DNA of 64,000 bases from Tubulanus polymorphus (GCF_964204645.1 NC_134030.1:11491947-11555946), one strand, 5' to 3'; shown: positions 1 to 14,865, counted from the first letter of the stretch. Numbers and translations are program-made. Notes: generated by a model from the sequence alone, not told the origin.

Positions 1-3000
1 CTTTTACGCAACCCTTTTGATTAAGCGAGGAAGGCACCTGGTTTAGAGAGCGTCTTAGTGATTTAAGTCAATGTATTGGTTGGCGAGAGAATTTCATTTT
101 TTTTTCTTTTTATGGTAATGATAGGGGAAATCAGAAAAGATCCAGATTGTTTAAACATTTGTAACTTTGATATCATCAAAATGATTGATATTGGTTGACA
201 ATATATCACATTATTCCACAGAACAATTGAAATATTTAGAAATGCTTCGTCAACAGATTGTAACAGGCTCTGGATAAATGATGAACAAGTAAATACATGT
301 AGTTACTGACCACGCTTAGATACCCTATTACAATACCTGTACCCTCTGAACCATACTATTCAATCATCTATTCCAAGATATCAAAATTACTTCCCGCGCC
401 TGAAACTGTATAAATTTAGGTGGGTAATGATATGAGAAACCTGAAAAATTCAGGAAATCAGATAGATCTGAAAAGAATCAGGGAAGACTAGTGAATTTGA
501 CAAATTTTGCAAAAACCTGGAAAAATCGGGGAATTTGGAAATGTTATTGACTACGCGCTTCTCCATCAGCGCAGTACATGGTTCATAAAAATGACAACAC
601 TTAAACCAAGAGATCTCGGATGATTATCATCGTTATCATTATTGTTTCTCATTTCCGGCTAGGTGAAAAAAAAGCTCTTTCTGACGCATTTCACTTGTAA
701 AAGCAGGGGATCCTAGCTTTAAAAAAACAAATGAGAGTTACTTCCAAATATCTTTAAAAAAGAAAATGCTGCCTGCAAAAAAAAGATAAGAATGAAAACG
801 TGCCTGCCTGGCCATTTTCCGGGATTTTGAAAATGAGCAACAAGATATCATTGTTTTTATAGCTATTTTAAACTTTCTATTAAATATTCTATGTCACCAG
901 GAATAGGAATTATGAGTTGGTATGGGCGTTAAAAATATCTTTAGAGTCGAGGGTGTGGAGGGCGTAGAAATGGGAGGAATACGAAAATCAGAATACCGGT
1001 GCGTACTCGATCAAAATAATACTTCGGCCCTTTCGCCCGGTCATAAAACAGGTTTCGATTGTGGCTTAGTATTATTATATATCTACTTTTCTTGATAATG
1101 AAAGTGAATAAATAGTGACACGAGTCGCAAGTGTATTTGTTTTACGTGAAATTAACAATTGAATACCACATGCCGATAAAGAAAATAGGTTTTTTTACCA
1201 ACATTTTATCGCCGCTGATACAATCAAAATTAGGCCACGCAAACCCCGAGTTTCTATTCATCCGCGATATAAACAGGAAAATATGTAACAATTCCTAAAT
1301 TGCATTTCCCCTGATTTAATAGTGGCTTGTGGGTATATTTGCTTTCTGCGGTTGTGATTTATTTTCGTTTTTTTTCCATGAGCCGGCGAACGGCTTGAGT
1401 TCACTCGACAATAGTGCTTGCTCCAAATTCCTAACAAGCTGCGACCCGTTTTGATAGATATTTAGTTTTAACTGCAATGTTTCGAGCCTATGAACCGTTT
1501 CATACTGAAGTGATAAAATGATGGGAGGAGAAACACGTGCAGTGCGAACTTCTTCGTATAAAGATTACAAAACCCCTGCTGAAGTGAGGTAAGGTCTCAA
1601 AATTTATGAAATTCCATGCTGGTATAATCGTTTTCTCGTTTATTCACTACATATTCACAATACTGAGATCTTGATTCAAGTATTCATTTTCAGCGATCAA
1701 GTTAAATTTGCAGAAGACTTTCTGAACTTCTGCTCCGTAAGTATATTAGCAAGTATATACATTTTGAGTAATCAACAAATTTTCCTTAATTGGTACAGTA
1801 AAATGACTGCAGAGATGAGGCACAAAAATCAATGCTCTATTTGATCTCATTTTTGGGGAAAAATGTCTATATTTGAGGATTCTATTTAAGTGACTCTTTT
1901 CCCAGAGTGTTGTTAGCGACACGCAGAAGAATATCCTGAAACCAGAGATTCCTGAGACAGTAACAGTGCAGCCCTGTTCTACGAAGGTAAATATAATTCT
2001 AGTGCCAGTTTTATGGACTAGTATTATCTTTAAGCCTGGGGCTAACTCGATTGAAAATGAATTAAACTCCCAGGTTAAAGTTAATACCAGTCTATAAACC
2101 CAGCCCAAAAGCTTCATTTAAAACACATGTAAATCTATAATGGAAGCGTACTTATGATTAAGACTCATTAGAGAATAAGCTTTGGTTATCAGTTGTAATC
2201 TAAATGTGTGGATGTCGCTTAAAGAGGTATGAATATTACAACAAGTCACGCACGTCACATTCAGTCTTCATGCTATCTTCGTGCAATCTGTTTTCTATTG
2301 AAAACTGGTATTCTTTACATCTTAGAAAGTCCATAAAAAGAAGATTTTTACTATCAAAATGATATATCTGAAAAATAGAAGAGCTGATTGAAATATTTCA
2401 TATTTTGATTGTTGTCATGCAATGTCTTCGTTACCATGGAACTGTTACCCAGCGAAAAATGTTCGTCAGCGTATCATTTTGGTCATGTCAATCTATATAC
2501 TTAAAATCGAAAAGTCTAGTTATGTACGTTTACATACATATATTTCGAACAAGACTATATATATACGTAAATAAACTTTTGAATACGTGCGTAATTGTGT
2601 GGACGACGGCATCTTATTGAGGACTTTGCAAGTACAACTGCCATTCTACCCGTTGTTGACACGTTTACTGAAAATAAAAATCTACTTCGGTGGTTAAGTG
2701 TTTTCGTCCAAATATAGGTTTATACACGCACGTAGTTCTCGTATGTAATTTATACTTAATACCATACAGAATGTTTTGCTTTATTTTGTAACGTATTGAT
2801 GGGACATTTGAAATACGTAATGGTGAAGGTACGCTCAGTGAAAACGGTGTCCCGATTTAGTAAATTATCTCCCCTAAAACACATTTCAGATTTTCCCAAT
2901 GTTTGGAAATGCATGATTCCTACATCATACATTGTACATTTCCTGTTGATATGAATCTCGTTCCCATTGATTCATCTGTGGTAATCTATGTGTAGGTCTC

Positions 3001-3089
3001 GTCTAGCACGGAATAAACTAGTTTTCTCAGTTAAATGTGATTTTTGGAGGTTTATTCAAAGTTTGCAACTCGGAATAAACTAGTTTTCT

Positions 3090-3240
3090 CCGTTTAAAGC
3101 AATTTTCTAGGTTAATTTCGAGTTTCAAATTTGAGAATTTTATACTTTTTGAAGAGAGGACTAGTATGGGCATTAAATGATGAATTATCAATGTATCTAA
3201 TGGCTTTTTCTGTAGTTTGAATAAAGTGTTTACTTGCACT
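3090..3240 (-). mobile_element. Non-LTR retrotransposon (CR1/L2 group) ORF2 C-terminal remnant
   Basis: Frameshifted LFKLQKK / KAIRYIDNSSFNAHTSPLFKKYKILKF resembles the LQKKAIR...AHT.PLFK..IL motif found downstream of the RT domain. Confidence 0.55.
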
Positions 3241-3368
3241 TATTCGTATACTACCGAAAATAGAAAACCCCCTCATAAGGCATGTATATATGCATTGTAT
3301 GTATGTACGGATATATACGTATATGTGTAGTAGCATAATTACCTTTTCTTTCGTTGATACATTTGTAG

Positions 3369-6083
3369 AAGACAATTCAGGAGTTTGATCTGAAAGGAAA
3401 ATGTCCTGGCGTGTTTTTGAAATGTATGAATATTCTTCTTAGCTATATCAAAGAATATCAACAGGTGACATATGAGACCAATAATCGTCGTAAAACAATG
3501 TGAAAACACAAGTAATCTCACAGTACCTATTCATCGGCAGTTAATTGAATATGTTATTTTCGGCAATTTTTAGTTTCAAAACAAACTGATGGTCTGCTCT
3601 AATTGTTCAGACGAGATTCTCGAAAAACAGTACGAGATTACAACTGGCGAGAAATTACCCACGGCTGAAGATTTGCAGGTTTGTATCTGATTTCGCTTTC
3701 TGGGTTTCAAGCTGTCTGGGTTGTTTTTAAGGAACTGATTATGAATAGATATTTTGCACTGCAACGATGCCAAGTTATTGTATATACAGTTCTGTAGATT
3801 ATGCGCCCAATCGATGTGGACTGCGCATTTCTAAACTGTTCTTAGTTTTTATCCGATATTCGCAACGAAGATTCAATATTAAGGTTTCCTTTAATTTTCC
3901 TTGGAGCGGGAAGAATATGTGTCGGCTGTTTTCCGGGTTGTGCATCAAATTCCATTACTATCAACCGCAATGTGTGTTTATTTGACGCAAAAGGACGTGT
4001 TATAGATCACCTCACCTGCCTGGCGTATTATGGTTTCGTTTCAGACATTGCTGACTGATTATGAGAAATTGTATGAAAATACATCGACTGTGTTACAGTT
4101 ATCCATGAAAGTGTCACCTATCAATCAAAGAGTGAACGCAATCGACGAACCAACCGATGCCGTAACTATCGCGTCTCATCGAGTTCAAGGCGTAAGTTGA
4201 GTGAAAAAAACATAATGTAATATATTCATCCCAGTACAAAAAAAAACGATAGGCAGGTTTCCACGAGACGGGCGAGATGTATTTCCTTTTAGGTGTTTCC
4301 ACGATGTGGGTTGGTGCGGCTATGCCGCCGGTGAACGGACACGGGTGCGTTTTTTCGAATTGCTTACGGTACCCGCATAATTTACGATACGTTTCAATGA
4401 ATGACGACGAATAATAATAATAATACGATATATCCAAAACCAACCTTTCGAAAATTGTGTTTCGATATCGTTTCGGTGAATGTTCAAGTCTATGGACTGA
4501 ATAAGTCGAAGATTTGTTTCACATAAATTATATTCCATCTGATTTTTAGGTAAAGCTAAAGAAGAATAGCCGTGTACGATTACTAGATAATACGGATCAG
4601 ATGTACTGGAAGGTAACGATCTGAACTAGCATAGGCACACTTCGTTGAAAAAATTACAACTTTCATGATCACCGGCACTCTCGATTTTAGATTGAAATGG
4701 ATGATGGGACGAAGACTGAAGTTCCTTCGATGATAATGCATATTCCTCCACCAGATTCTAAAGCGCAAAGAAAAGCAAAGACGTAAGGAAATTGTTTATT
4801 TACATTTTTACTTGCGGTTGTGGCACTTTGTGGCCGTTGTCTTTCAACGTTTGGATGTTTGGAGCATTGAAAGGTTTCCAAGAGCGTGACATTGTATCAT
4901 ATTGGTATCACACAAAAATGAATAAGTGTGCACAAGGTACATTTTCTGATAAATGTTTGTTATCTTATATTACTCGCAAACATCTAACCACTTTTCAGTC
5001 GAACGAGGTACTCCAAACTGACTTCTCCAGATGGCGGTCAGAGGCCTGCGCTAAGTGTTGTGCTTTTTAAGGAAAACTTTGTTCTTTCAGACTCAAGAGC
5101 GAGGTTCAAGAAAATCTTTTGACTCTTCAAAATTATCTAAGTAGTCAATGGCATCTTCGCTCGTGGAACGAACGATTCTCAAACATCAGTTTCCGTGAGG
5201 TAAACTATTGGGAGAAGCTGAATAAATTTCATCGCTGACACGAATTGTTACGAATGTTGCATTTTTTAATATAGATTGATTTGAACATTGGTAATACCAA
5301 ATTAGTGAAACGACAAAAACCTAGACCTATTAAGAAGAGGTTAGTGTTCCTAGTTTCATCTTTTTAGCCCACATGGGGGTTTAGGGGAAATACATTTTTT
5401 CAAGTGATAAAAAAATAAAAATGTTTTCCGCGAAACAAGCTCTGCTCGATTATTATTGCACCATTGATTCCACGGTGCTGGAACTTTTAGCTACGCGTTT
5501 TCGTTATGCCGTGTGCGTTGGACGTTTTATCGTTTGAGGGTAAAATGTTCACTCAAAACGTTTTGTGAAAAATGCGTTTTCTATTTTGCTGTGTGTGTGT
5601 GTGTTGGGCTTTACGGCAGAGTTTTTCGTAAGAATAGTAGCTTTCCCTCTTCTTTGTATATCGTGTATATACTTGTAGTAATGTGTTGGTTGAGGGTTAA
5701 TGGAAGACGCGAATATGGTTTCAATATCTCTCATAAAAATGCTGTTTTTCTTTTTCAGAATTATCGAATTAAGACAAGTGGTCGTCGATGAAATTGTCGA
5801 GGAAAATATCATCGAACAGGCACCGGTTGAGACTGCGCTACGCAGACGGTCTCGCAGTGGAAGTGTCGCCAAATACACGATCAGTCACGTGTTCGATCCT
5901 CAGAACAAGCAACGACGCGTGTCAATCAATCAGGCAGTTACTGAAGGCATTGTAGATATGTCTCGGGGATTGTACATAAATCCTTCTACACAATATTCAA
6001 TCCCGATATCGCAGGCTATGGGCGAAGGACTCATACAACTAGATTCAGTGACTGAGCATTTTCTAGGAGAAGGAACCACGTAA
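3369..6083 (+). CDS. Plakin-family protein (plakin domain with SH3, then plectin-type repeats), multi-exon, 5' end unresolved
   Basis: Phase-consistent AG/GT exons 3369-3464, 3574-3678, 4045-4191, 4550-4612, 4691-4782 and 5091-5199 give ...SPINQRVNAIDEPTDAVTIASHRVQG|VKLKKNSRVRLLDNTDQMYWK|IEMDDGTKTEVPSMIMHIPPPDSKA..., matching the plakin SH3 pattern (LLDN..W, VP...IPPPD). Exon 5759-6083 encodes VFDPQNKQRRVSINQAVTEGIVD...LYINPSTQYSIPISQAMGEGLI (plectin-type repeats). The 5199->5759 join is out of phase. Possible upstream exons at 1518-1588 and 1694-1736. Confidence 0.7.
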
Positions 6084-7190
6084 ATCTCGTAAAAACCACG
6101 TAAAAAAAAACTTTCACAACGAATGTAATCATCATAACGTCTTATTTCCCTAAATCAATAATCTTAAAGATGTATATACCGGGTACCTTTCTTATAACTC
6201 CCTTAAAATCTATCTATGTATGGCTAAATTTAAGAAAAATTGCCCAACGATTAAGATGTCAGCATATTCATCTAAAAATGATGTTTGTGAATATTCCATT
6301 TAATACAGAAAACTTTGATAGCTTACGTTGTATGGACCAGTCGGCCTGATTTTAAAATTTCCTGATGCGTGCATAACCTGAGATAATGTAGTTGTTCAAG
6401 TTTTACTCAAAATTACACTACTCTTACACTAAAACTCCCTTGAGTAGAAAATTGTACGGAATTCTACGCACATCCCGTTTCCATCGCTCCTAAAAAGAAA
6501 TTAAAAAAAGAAAAATATCTCGAAGTTTCTAGGAATATTGAGGTTTAGAATCAGTGTGTTACCTCAGCAACTATTGTAATAAGTATAAAAATGAGTGTCA
6601 TGGAAAGAATTATATTGTATCAGCCAATTTGATCGATATTTTTGATTCGTTTCTGTTTTCATACAAGTTAGAGATATGAACAAAACAAATGCATAAAAAA
6701 GGTTTCTGGAAAGAACTGCATGTTTTCATGAGTTGAAATCCAAATAAAGATTGAATCTCAGTGGCAGTTTCCACATTTGCTAGATCCCTGTACGATTTTT
6801 GCGCAAACTTACGATACCCAGGTCCTAATATGAGAGAAGATCTTACGAATCAGAACATATTGCCGTATCACCCGTAATGCATGAGATGCTGATTGTCATC
6901 GAATGAGGATGTGCCACATTGGAAATAGCCATTACCTTCCACAATATGATTGTCGCTCATGGGTTCAAGAAGTGCTCGGAAAACGCTTTTAATTTCAAAA
7001 CTTTTCTTGGGGGCCCAAAACCCCCTAAAAAGCGTCATGCCTTCGGCGCTCGCAAGTGCTGACGGCCAAGCCGTCATCTGCTTCGGGTATGTAACTCAAG
7101 AGAAAATACCACGGATTTTATAGGTCGGCGTTATCACCCCTGTATTCCAAAAAGGCAACTGGCGGATGTTGCCCTCAACTAATAGAAAAT

Positions 7191-7616
7191 TGGCTCCCTG
7201 TTCAATCGCGCATTGAATACAAAATTCTCCTGTTAACTTTTAAAATTTTGCATGACCAAGCACCAGCCTATCTTTCGTCTGTTTTAACCACTCTTACACC
7301 TCGACCGTGGCAACTAAATTATTTGAACCGAGATACCGCCAAGAATTTTATGGCTATCGAGCTTTTGCGGTGGTAGCCCCCGCCTTTGGAATGCTTTGCC
7401 ACAGTCGATGCGCGATTTATCTTCCCTTAATAGTTTTACCTCGCAATTGAAAACGCACCTATTTAATCAGCACTACAAATGATTTTACTTGATGCAACCG
7501 TTTGAAATTAAATATCTATTTTATTGGGTAATATTTTATATATCTGTCAATTGTCTTATGTTTTTGTCAATCTGTAAAGTCTGTTGAGATATTTTATGTA
7601 ACGGACTGTAAATAAA

Positions 7617-7655
<39 letters not shown>
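7191..7655 (+). mobile_element. L2-type LINE 3' end with (ATT)n tail
   Basis: Across frameshifts: WLPVQSRIEYKILLLTFKILHDQAPAYL...RAFAVVAP.LWNALP...FTSQLKTHLF, then AATAAA and an (ATT)n run at about 7618-7655. Confidence 0.75.
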
Positions 7656-9114
7656 CAAAATCAAGGGCCAGCAATGATGTTGGTTGGCATCCGTCTCGTA
7701 ACCCGATTTAATGGAGAAAATGTTTTGTATAACACCACGGAGGAAATCATCCATATGATCATTACCAGCATATGTAGTCAGTACGAGGTTTTTTAGTATG
7801 TAGGCCGTAGCCTATTGCTATACAAATAGAACGAATCTAAATGACCGGTTTCTAGATGAAGGCTTTTTGTATGCTAATTAACTGTGCACCTGAGTATATA
7901 TTCGTGTAAGTCATGCATTAAAGCATTATCCATTCACCAATTTCTAGGAAGCCGGTATCGTCTAATCATTACTTCCAAGTTCTTTTTAAAGATTATTTGG
8001 ATTTCAAGATCAATTTCTGCCTATATCTTTAGTTTATTTGGTTTTGGGGAGGAATTTTTATTTGCCCTTCATGAAATGTATCCTTCACCACTGCGCAAAT
8101 GGTCGGAAAAATAGCCTTTTCTTAAATTAGTACTAGGCATGGTATGCTCTTTCTACTCCAATTAAGTTAAATAGTATTTGGAAATGAATGGGATTCACAT
8201 TTGATTTTCAAATACATTCAGCTCCCTAGGAATTGGAGAATGGATAATGCTTCAATGAATCATTTGTGTGAATATATGCTCTGTTGCACAGTCAAAAGGC
8301 CTTTCCTCTGGAAACCATGTCATTCAAATTCGCTCCATTTGTATAGCAATATAGGCTACGGCTGGCCGATAAATCGACACTAGATCTCCAACAATTCTTC
8401 ATTTTTACATTTAACGCTATTCATTTTCCCAATTATGTGCTTCGATTTAAACAAAACATTGTGTAAACTCGACCGCCGCCGATCACACAACTATATCTGC
8501 ACTTTGATTTCCGATTTCAAAATCCTGTTTCGCTCCCGACAGGTGTGGTGGGGACACCAAATCAAAAATCAAACGGAATTTACCAACAAAATAGATAAAA
8601 CGGACAATCAATTTTTGTTTTTAACGAAAAGTGTACAACGTAAAAGAGTTTTTAGTTTAAGGTTGAAGTAAATCTTATTAATGGACGGTTTATATCATTA
8701 TCATCGTGACGCATGTCTTTGTAAGACTTAAAGACATTGGAAGATGTATAATAGGTATAATGAAGCGAAAATCATCAGTGTTTTCTGCCGAATACCCTTA
8801 TAGCAGAATTTTTTGTAGACACGTAGATATTTAATTCAACCGCAATTTTGTCAAATTCTGAATTCCTCGTTCGCATTTCCTATTACTTTAAAATCTGACA
8901 AATTATTCAGTGAAACGATTCCGTTCTTTTAATTTCGGTTTGTAAAACACGCAATTGCAGAGACCTAGATTTCTGTAAGTAGAGCTATTTACATGTAATT
9001 ATTTGTCGTATACATATTTCTTTCTTTTTTATGTACCTTTTTTGTTGAAGTCACAATCATTTATCTAGGGCGAATTATATAATTAATTACCTTTCGGCCT
9101 AAACGTCAGTTACA

Positions 9115-12100
9115 ATGATGAGCACATTTCCCGTTGAAGATTGGATTGGTGGAAGTATGCCTAATAGTAAGATGGCAGGAAGTAAATATGGAAAGACATC
9201 TGAACGATGTCTGAAAGATGATAATGCACCCATCGACGACAACAGCGAAGAATTTTCCGCAATCAAAAATAGTCATTTTGAGGAAATGTTAGACACGCTT
9301 GGCCATTTTGGGCGGTTTCAGATTCGCGTATTTGTGATTCTTACGCTGATGGATCTTTCAACTAATTCTGCTGGTATGCTGTTTATATTTTCTCATTATG
9401 TACCCCCATGGACGTGTCTCAGACTCGCAGAAAATGCCTCTCTACCTAATGATACCAACAGATTATGCTCGTTTAATGGATCTCGGTGTGTACTATTTGA
9501 TTACGATTTAACAAACGCCTTGACATCAATTATCACTGAGGTGAGTAAATGCATAGTGCTCGTGAGATGCGTGGCCTTAGAAATATGCTATTGAAAGAGA
9601 ACTGAGTATTGTGTGAATGACGTAAACATGATACAAAAAATAGAACAAATTTCTAGAAGATATTATAGTGAAATTGAAAAAGGTAACACCCGTTACTCAA
9701 ATACACGCGTGTATAAGAGCACCGACGTGAAATAACAATAGACGCGCTGCAATGAAATGATATCTTTGAAGTTTATGCATTGCAAAATGTAATTGCAATA
9801 CTATGTTTAAATGCATTTTGAAAGGGGGCGTTTACGCACGGGGAAGTTTTGATTTTTGGAAAATTATTTTTACGCGTGTGACATCTTGCAATTTTTGATA
9901 CGAGTTAGACATACGAAATTGTACTACAAGTTCTCAATTGGACCGATATATTTCATCCGAATCCGACTTATGAAATCTGACTTTACAGTAAATTTTGTAT
10001 TATCTTATTCCCAAATGGACTGGACCTGTCAACCCTTGAACACAGTATTTTCTCTCGTGAAACCTTACAAAATAACAAAAATGAACGATGAAGAAAATAT
10101 GTTTTACTAAGGTAAAACCATTTTTCTTTCATCAATATTGATTGACCACTATGTAAACTTAAGATTTCTCTTAGACAGTACAACTTTCATGCAAAAAAAA
10201 GTTACGCAATGTTGGGCTCCTAAAATAAACATTTTCTTGCCTTCATACCTTTTTACCATTTAAACTTTTTTGAAACTAATTTCTTTGTCTCAAAACTCCA
10301 AACTTCCCTCCCATACATTGGGCACATTTTTCATTAAGAATCTTCGTTTTCACACAAAAGTTGTAGGGTATTAAGGTGATGATCCCTAGTCAAGCCGGAC
10401 TCAATATGGCCGACTTGCAACCATGTTAGATTTGCATAATACACAGTAGTTCCCATCATTTCCATTTTGATAGCTGCCTGGTGCCATAAGCTTTAATGTT
10501 GAACTTTTAGTTCGTGTTATACAAATTACCTTGAAATACTTTGAAGTGAAAATGTCAAATTTTGCAAGCCTCGTAAGTATGCTGTTTAATCACTATCTCG
10601 ATCACGTGCATGCAATTTAAACTATAAGATGCATTTTCAAATCGTTTTTTGAAATGAATAAATATCCGTGGAAAACGTTCCTCGACTGTGTATACAATTT
10701 GATATCCAAAGTAGCCAAATAAAATATCCCAATATAGCGTACTCATTACGTATATCATCCGAATCGAAATCCCGCGAACAGGCCATATGCATGACAGACA
10801 TCATTTAGCTTTAGCATTTACCCGAAATGTGCGAATCCGTCATAATTTATCAGAAAAGAATCATACATTTCAACTGGTAGGCAAGAAAAGTCGTTCACCC
10901 ACACATATTAAATATGCTGCCGTGCGGTTGGAAAAACTTAGAAAAAGCACCCGCCTCAATTTCGATTTCGTTTGATTCAAGTCAACCAAAAGCCAGTCAT
11001 ACTTTTATGTTTTTTTTATATTCGCAGTTCAATCTTGTTTGTGAGTTAAGCTATATCCCAAAACTGTCAGTTAGTCTGCAAATGGTTGGTGTTTTCTTTG
11101 GTGCTATGGCATCGGGGTACTTAGCTGACTCGATTGGTCGAAAGAAAACACTGCTTGGATTTGCATTTTTTATGATGGTTTCGCAATTTGTCGTGGGATT
11201 TTCTGATAGTTGGCTCATTTATTCGATCATTCGAACTCTGACTGGATTTTTCACTGGTATGTGGCAAGTTTTGTGACTTGTGAACCTTTTTTAGATATCA
11301 CACGTTTATTGATCTCAAAGTTGTCATATTCAGATATTAATCTCATATGTCATGTTTTTTCGGATCATATAGGAGGTACCCTAAATATTTGCTTCACTCT
11401 ACCCATCGAGTTTGTTGGCCCGAAATGGCGGACTTTCTGCGCTTGTTTCGTCTTGTACGGCCTTGGGAAGGCATTGATGTCCCTGTTTGCTTATTCAACA
11501 CGGAACTGGAGACATACAGCTTTTATAACTGCTTCGATCGGAATTCCACTCTTACCCGCTATTATAATGTAAGCGCTAAAAAACCGAACATAATATGAAG
11601 GGGCAAATCAATCTAAATGGGTGATTTGACCTATCTCATCTAGGTATCATGCATTAATGATTTCTTAACCGTATTATATCATCCTAATCTTTATTTAGAA
11701 GAAACAAATCTTGACTCCTGGGTATGGGATACATTATGCGTGCATTAGGAAGAAAGTGCTTTTTATTTTAGTTGGGTTCCGGAAAGCGTTCGCTGGTTGA
11801 CGATGAAAGGTCGATTTAAAGAGGCCGATGAAATTATCCGTTGGATGGCCAGAACAAATAAAACCCAAGTTCCAGATTTAAATCTGCTACGTCTCATTGC
11901 CGCTAAAGATCGCAGAGAACAAGAAAAAAGCAGAAAACATGGTTACCTCGATTTGTTCAAGACAAGAAAATTAGCTATTCAAACATGTATTATCATTTAC
12001 TGTTGGTAGGTGGTGTGTCATAAGAATAATGTTCATTGGGTAACATTTGTAAGGTCCGTAGGTAAAGGTGCCGCCATTATCCTCCGTAGAACTTAGATAC

Positions 12101-14413
12101 TTACGCATTTCACCAGCTATTCTAGCGAAGTGTCCGTATAAAAATTGCGATTGATTCTAAGTAACTTTTAATTTATGGGATCATTTTTTTGTTTTTTTTT
12201 TAGGTTCTCTTGTTCGGCAATCAACTATGGCATCAGTTCCATGTACAGTACATTTACAGGCACTGTTTTTGTTAATGCGGTTGTGAGCTCATTTGTCTCT
12301 ATTCCCGCTGATTGGAGTGTCATCTTTGTAGCAAATAGGTACAGTCATATTCTCGATACACCGCCAACGTCGGGGAGTCGGGATTTTGGCGGTATAGAGA
12401 GTATGGCAGTTTAACGAGGTATTAATTACAGGAGTTCTTGAACCATCATGTCAGAGGTTAATAGAACATGTATATCTCTGTATCAGATGACCCCAGAGCT
12501 GTCTTCTTAGTGGAATTATATAGGTTTTCAGCGCGGGACGGTCTCAACCTTGCTGGAGTAAAGTACTGACATTGTAATAGAGGAACAACCACGTGCTTTC
12601 TATGAGAATTGCAAACAAGTTTCCAGTCCTGCGGGTGCGTGGTCAATGATATCATGTATTCCATTTATGACCTTTAGTTGACAGAATTGCTGGAGATTTT
12701 ACGGGATTTTGGTAGTACAATGCTTGCTAAAACGGTAAATGGAAATACCGTTGGCAGGTAACGGACAATCTCTCTGTAGTGCATTCACCTTCTTTTTGGC
12801 TGTCAGGTTAAAAGACAAAATTGCATGGTTAACCACATCCGCGGTTTAGGTTGTACACGATTGTGAATATTTTTCAGCATTTCAAGTTGATATCGAAAAT
12901 ATAAGTTAACAAGAAATTTCAGACACGCGTATTGAATCCCCGTTAAAACTGAAATCTATTACGCTAAATTTGACTCTAGAACGTCATACACGTCATGACG
13001 GGTTGGTTTATAGTCATACAATAATTTGCATTTTTGACGAGATTCACTGGCGGTATGCGGATGGCGTAAAATCGGGATTTCCGTAATACCCAAGCGATAT
13101 AGTAGTTCCGTATTTTGAACATTTTTAGCAATAAACGAGGCTGGTGGTGTATCGTGACTTTAAACTCGATTCAAAATGGCACTGCAGGCAATTAAGGAAT
13201 TCAATGCATACGTGGCCAGAATGATAATCTACGGGACCCCTAGGTGACATACGAGATAATTTTTTCACAATTTCGACTTATTATGTCGAATTTTGAGTTT
13301 TCTTTTCATGTCGAAATTCGATTTGTTATGTAGAATTTCGACTTAATAAGTCGAAATTGTGAAAAGATTATCTCGTATGTCACCTAGGGGCTTCCGTACA
13401 TAGGTGACGTACGAGATAATTCGTTCACAATTTCGACTTATTATGTCGAATTTCGACTTATTATGTCGAATTTCGACGTAATAAGTCGAATTTCGAATCA
13501 ATTATGTCATAATGATTAACTCGAAATCTGGCTAATTAAGTCGAAATTCGACTTAATAAGTAGAATTTCGACTTATTATGTAGAATTTCGACTTATTATT
13601 TAGAATTTCGACTTATTATGTCGAAATTGTGAAAATTGTAAGATTATCTCGTATGTCACCAAGAATGATAATAATCAGATATCTAATTATCTACATTTTA
13701 GGTTTGGTCGCCGTAGGTCATTTTTCTTTTATATGCTAATCCCAATTACTTGCATGGTAGCTGTTGTGATCATTGGGGCACTTAACAAGGCAGAGGACGT
13801 CGGCATTCTTACCACGATGTTGGTGATACTTGGCAACTGTGGAATATTGTCGTGTTGGACTTTGGCATCTATCTATTCGGCAGAAATCTATGCTACCGTT
13901 ATAAGGTAAAAATCTTTCAACATGTAAAATTGCCTATTCACGTATAATGGTCTGGGCTTTGCGTATTTTCAGCGAAATGCATGGAACAAAGTTGGTGTGC
14001 AACACACTAATAAAAGCAAAATTTAACGCACGTTCGAAACTTTCCCCGTCTCATTTTTAAAGCTTTTCTTCGACATCACCTAATTCCGTTATAGGAACCT
14101 TGGCTGCGGAGCTGGAAGTATGGGTGCAAGGATAGGTGGTATAATTGCTCCACAGATTGCTTTACTGGTAACAAAAATAGTGCATAAGTCAAGTAGAATT
14201 AAGGTGATATACCGGTGCTTGCTTTTCTTTCTTTTGATGCATGATGCCTCTTCTCACTTTCAGGGTCAAATTAGCTATTGGATAGTACCTTATGTTGTCT
14301 ATGCATTCCTGGCGATATCCACAACACTATTCGTGATGATATGGCTTCCCGAAACTAACAAAAAACCCCTGAAAGACTCATTGAGGGATGCGGAGGAAAG
14401 TCCTAGTTGCTGA
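9115..14413 (+). CDS. SLC22 organic cation/anion transporter (MFS), intact 8-exon gene
   Basis: Exons 9115-9540, 11028-11256, 11373-11568, 11772-12005, 12204-12338, 13702-13905, 14095-14167 and 14264-14413, all GT-AG and in phase. Motifs LGHFGRFQ, SIITEFNLVC, LADSIGRK, EFVGPKWR, VPESVRWL, RFGRR, YSAEIYATVIR, LPET. Confidence 0.95.
13230..13660. mobile_element. Two adjacent palindromic MITEs (first with TACGG...CCGTA ends) carrying short internal repeats
   Basis: 13230-13398 has terminal inverted repeats (TIRs) TACGGGACCCCTAGGTGACATACGAGATAAT / ATTATCTCGTATGTCACCTAGGGGCTTCCGTA. 13401-13660 is a truncated second copy with tandem ATTTCGACTTATTATGTCGA units. AGAATGATAAT flanks the pair (13218-13228 and 13662-13672). 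Confidence 0.8.
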
Positions 14414-14865
14414 ATTATTCAGCCTCGGCAAATGCGCTGAATGCTTCAATGTTTCTTCTGGAAATTTGTTGAAACACGTCGATCCAGGATGTCAGTTATT
14501 TGCTCATACAATGTATTTACTTACTTTTAACTGAACATTAGATAAATGGCTTCAATCATTTAATCATACATGTAATATTTATGTAGGCCTAAGGTTTCAT
14601 TATTCTATACAATAATAACAGAAAATATATGAAATGAAAAGTGACGTTTGTCTGTGTTGTTTCATTAATCATGCTTCTGCATTCATATCCTTCCAACGAA
14701 AAACAGCCGAGAAATTATGCCAAACATTGATGAATTATCACGATGATTATACGCAAAATTATATCTTAATAGCGAATGATGATCTACATAATTCCATTTA
14801 TTACCATTCACTATCATTCCCTCACACTTACTGTCAAAGAGCAAATGACTGGTAGACTTCTCAAA

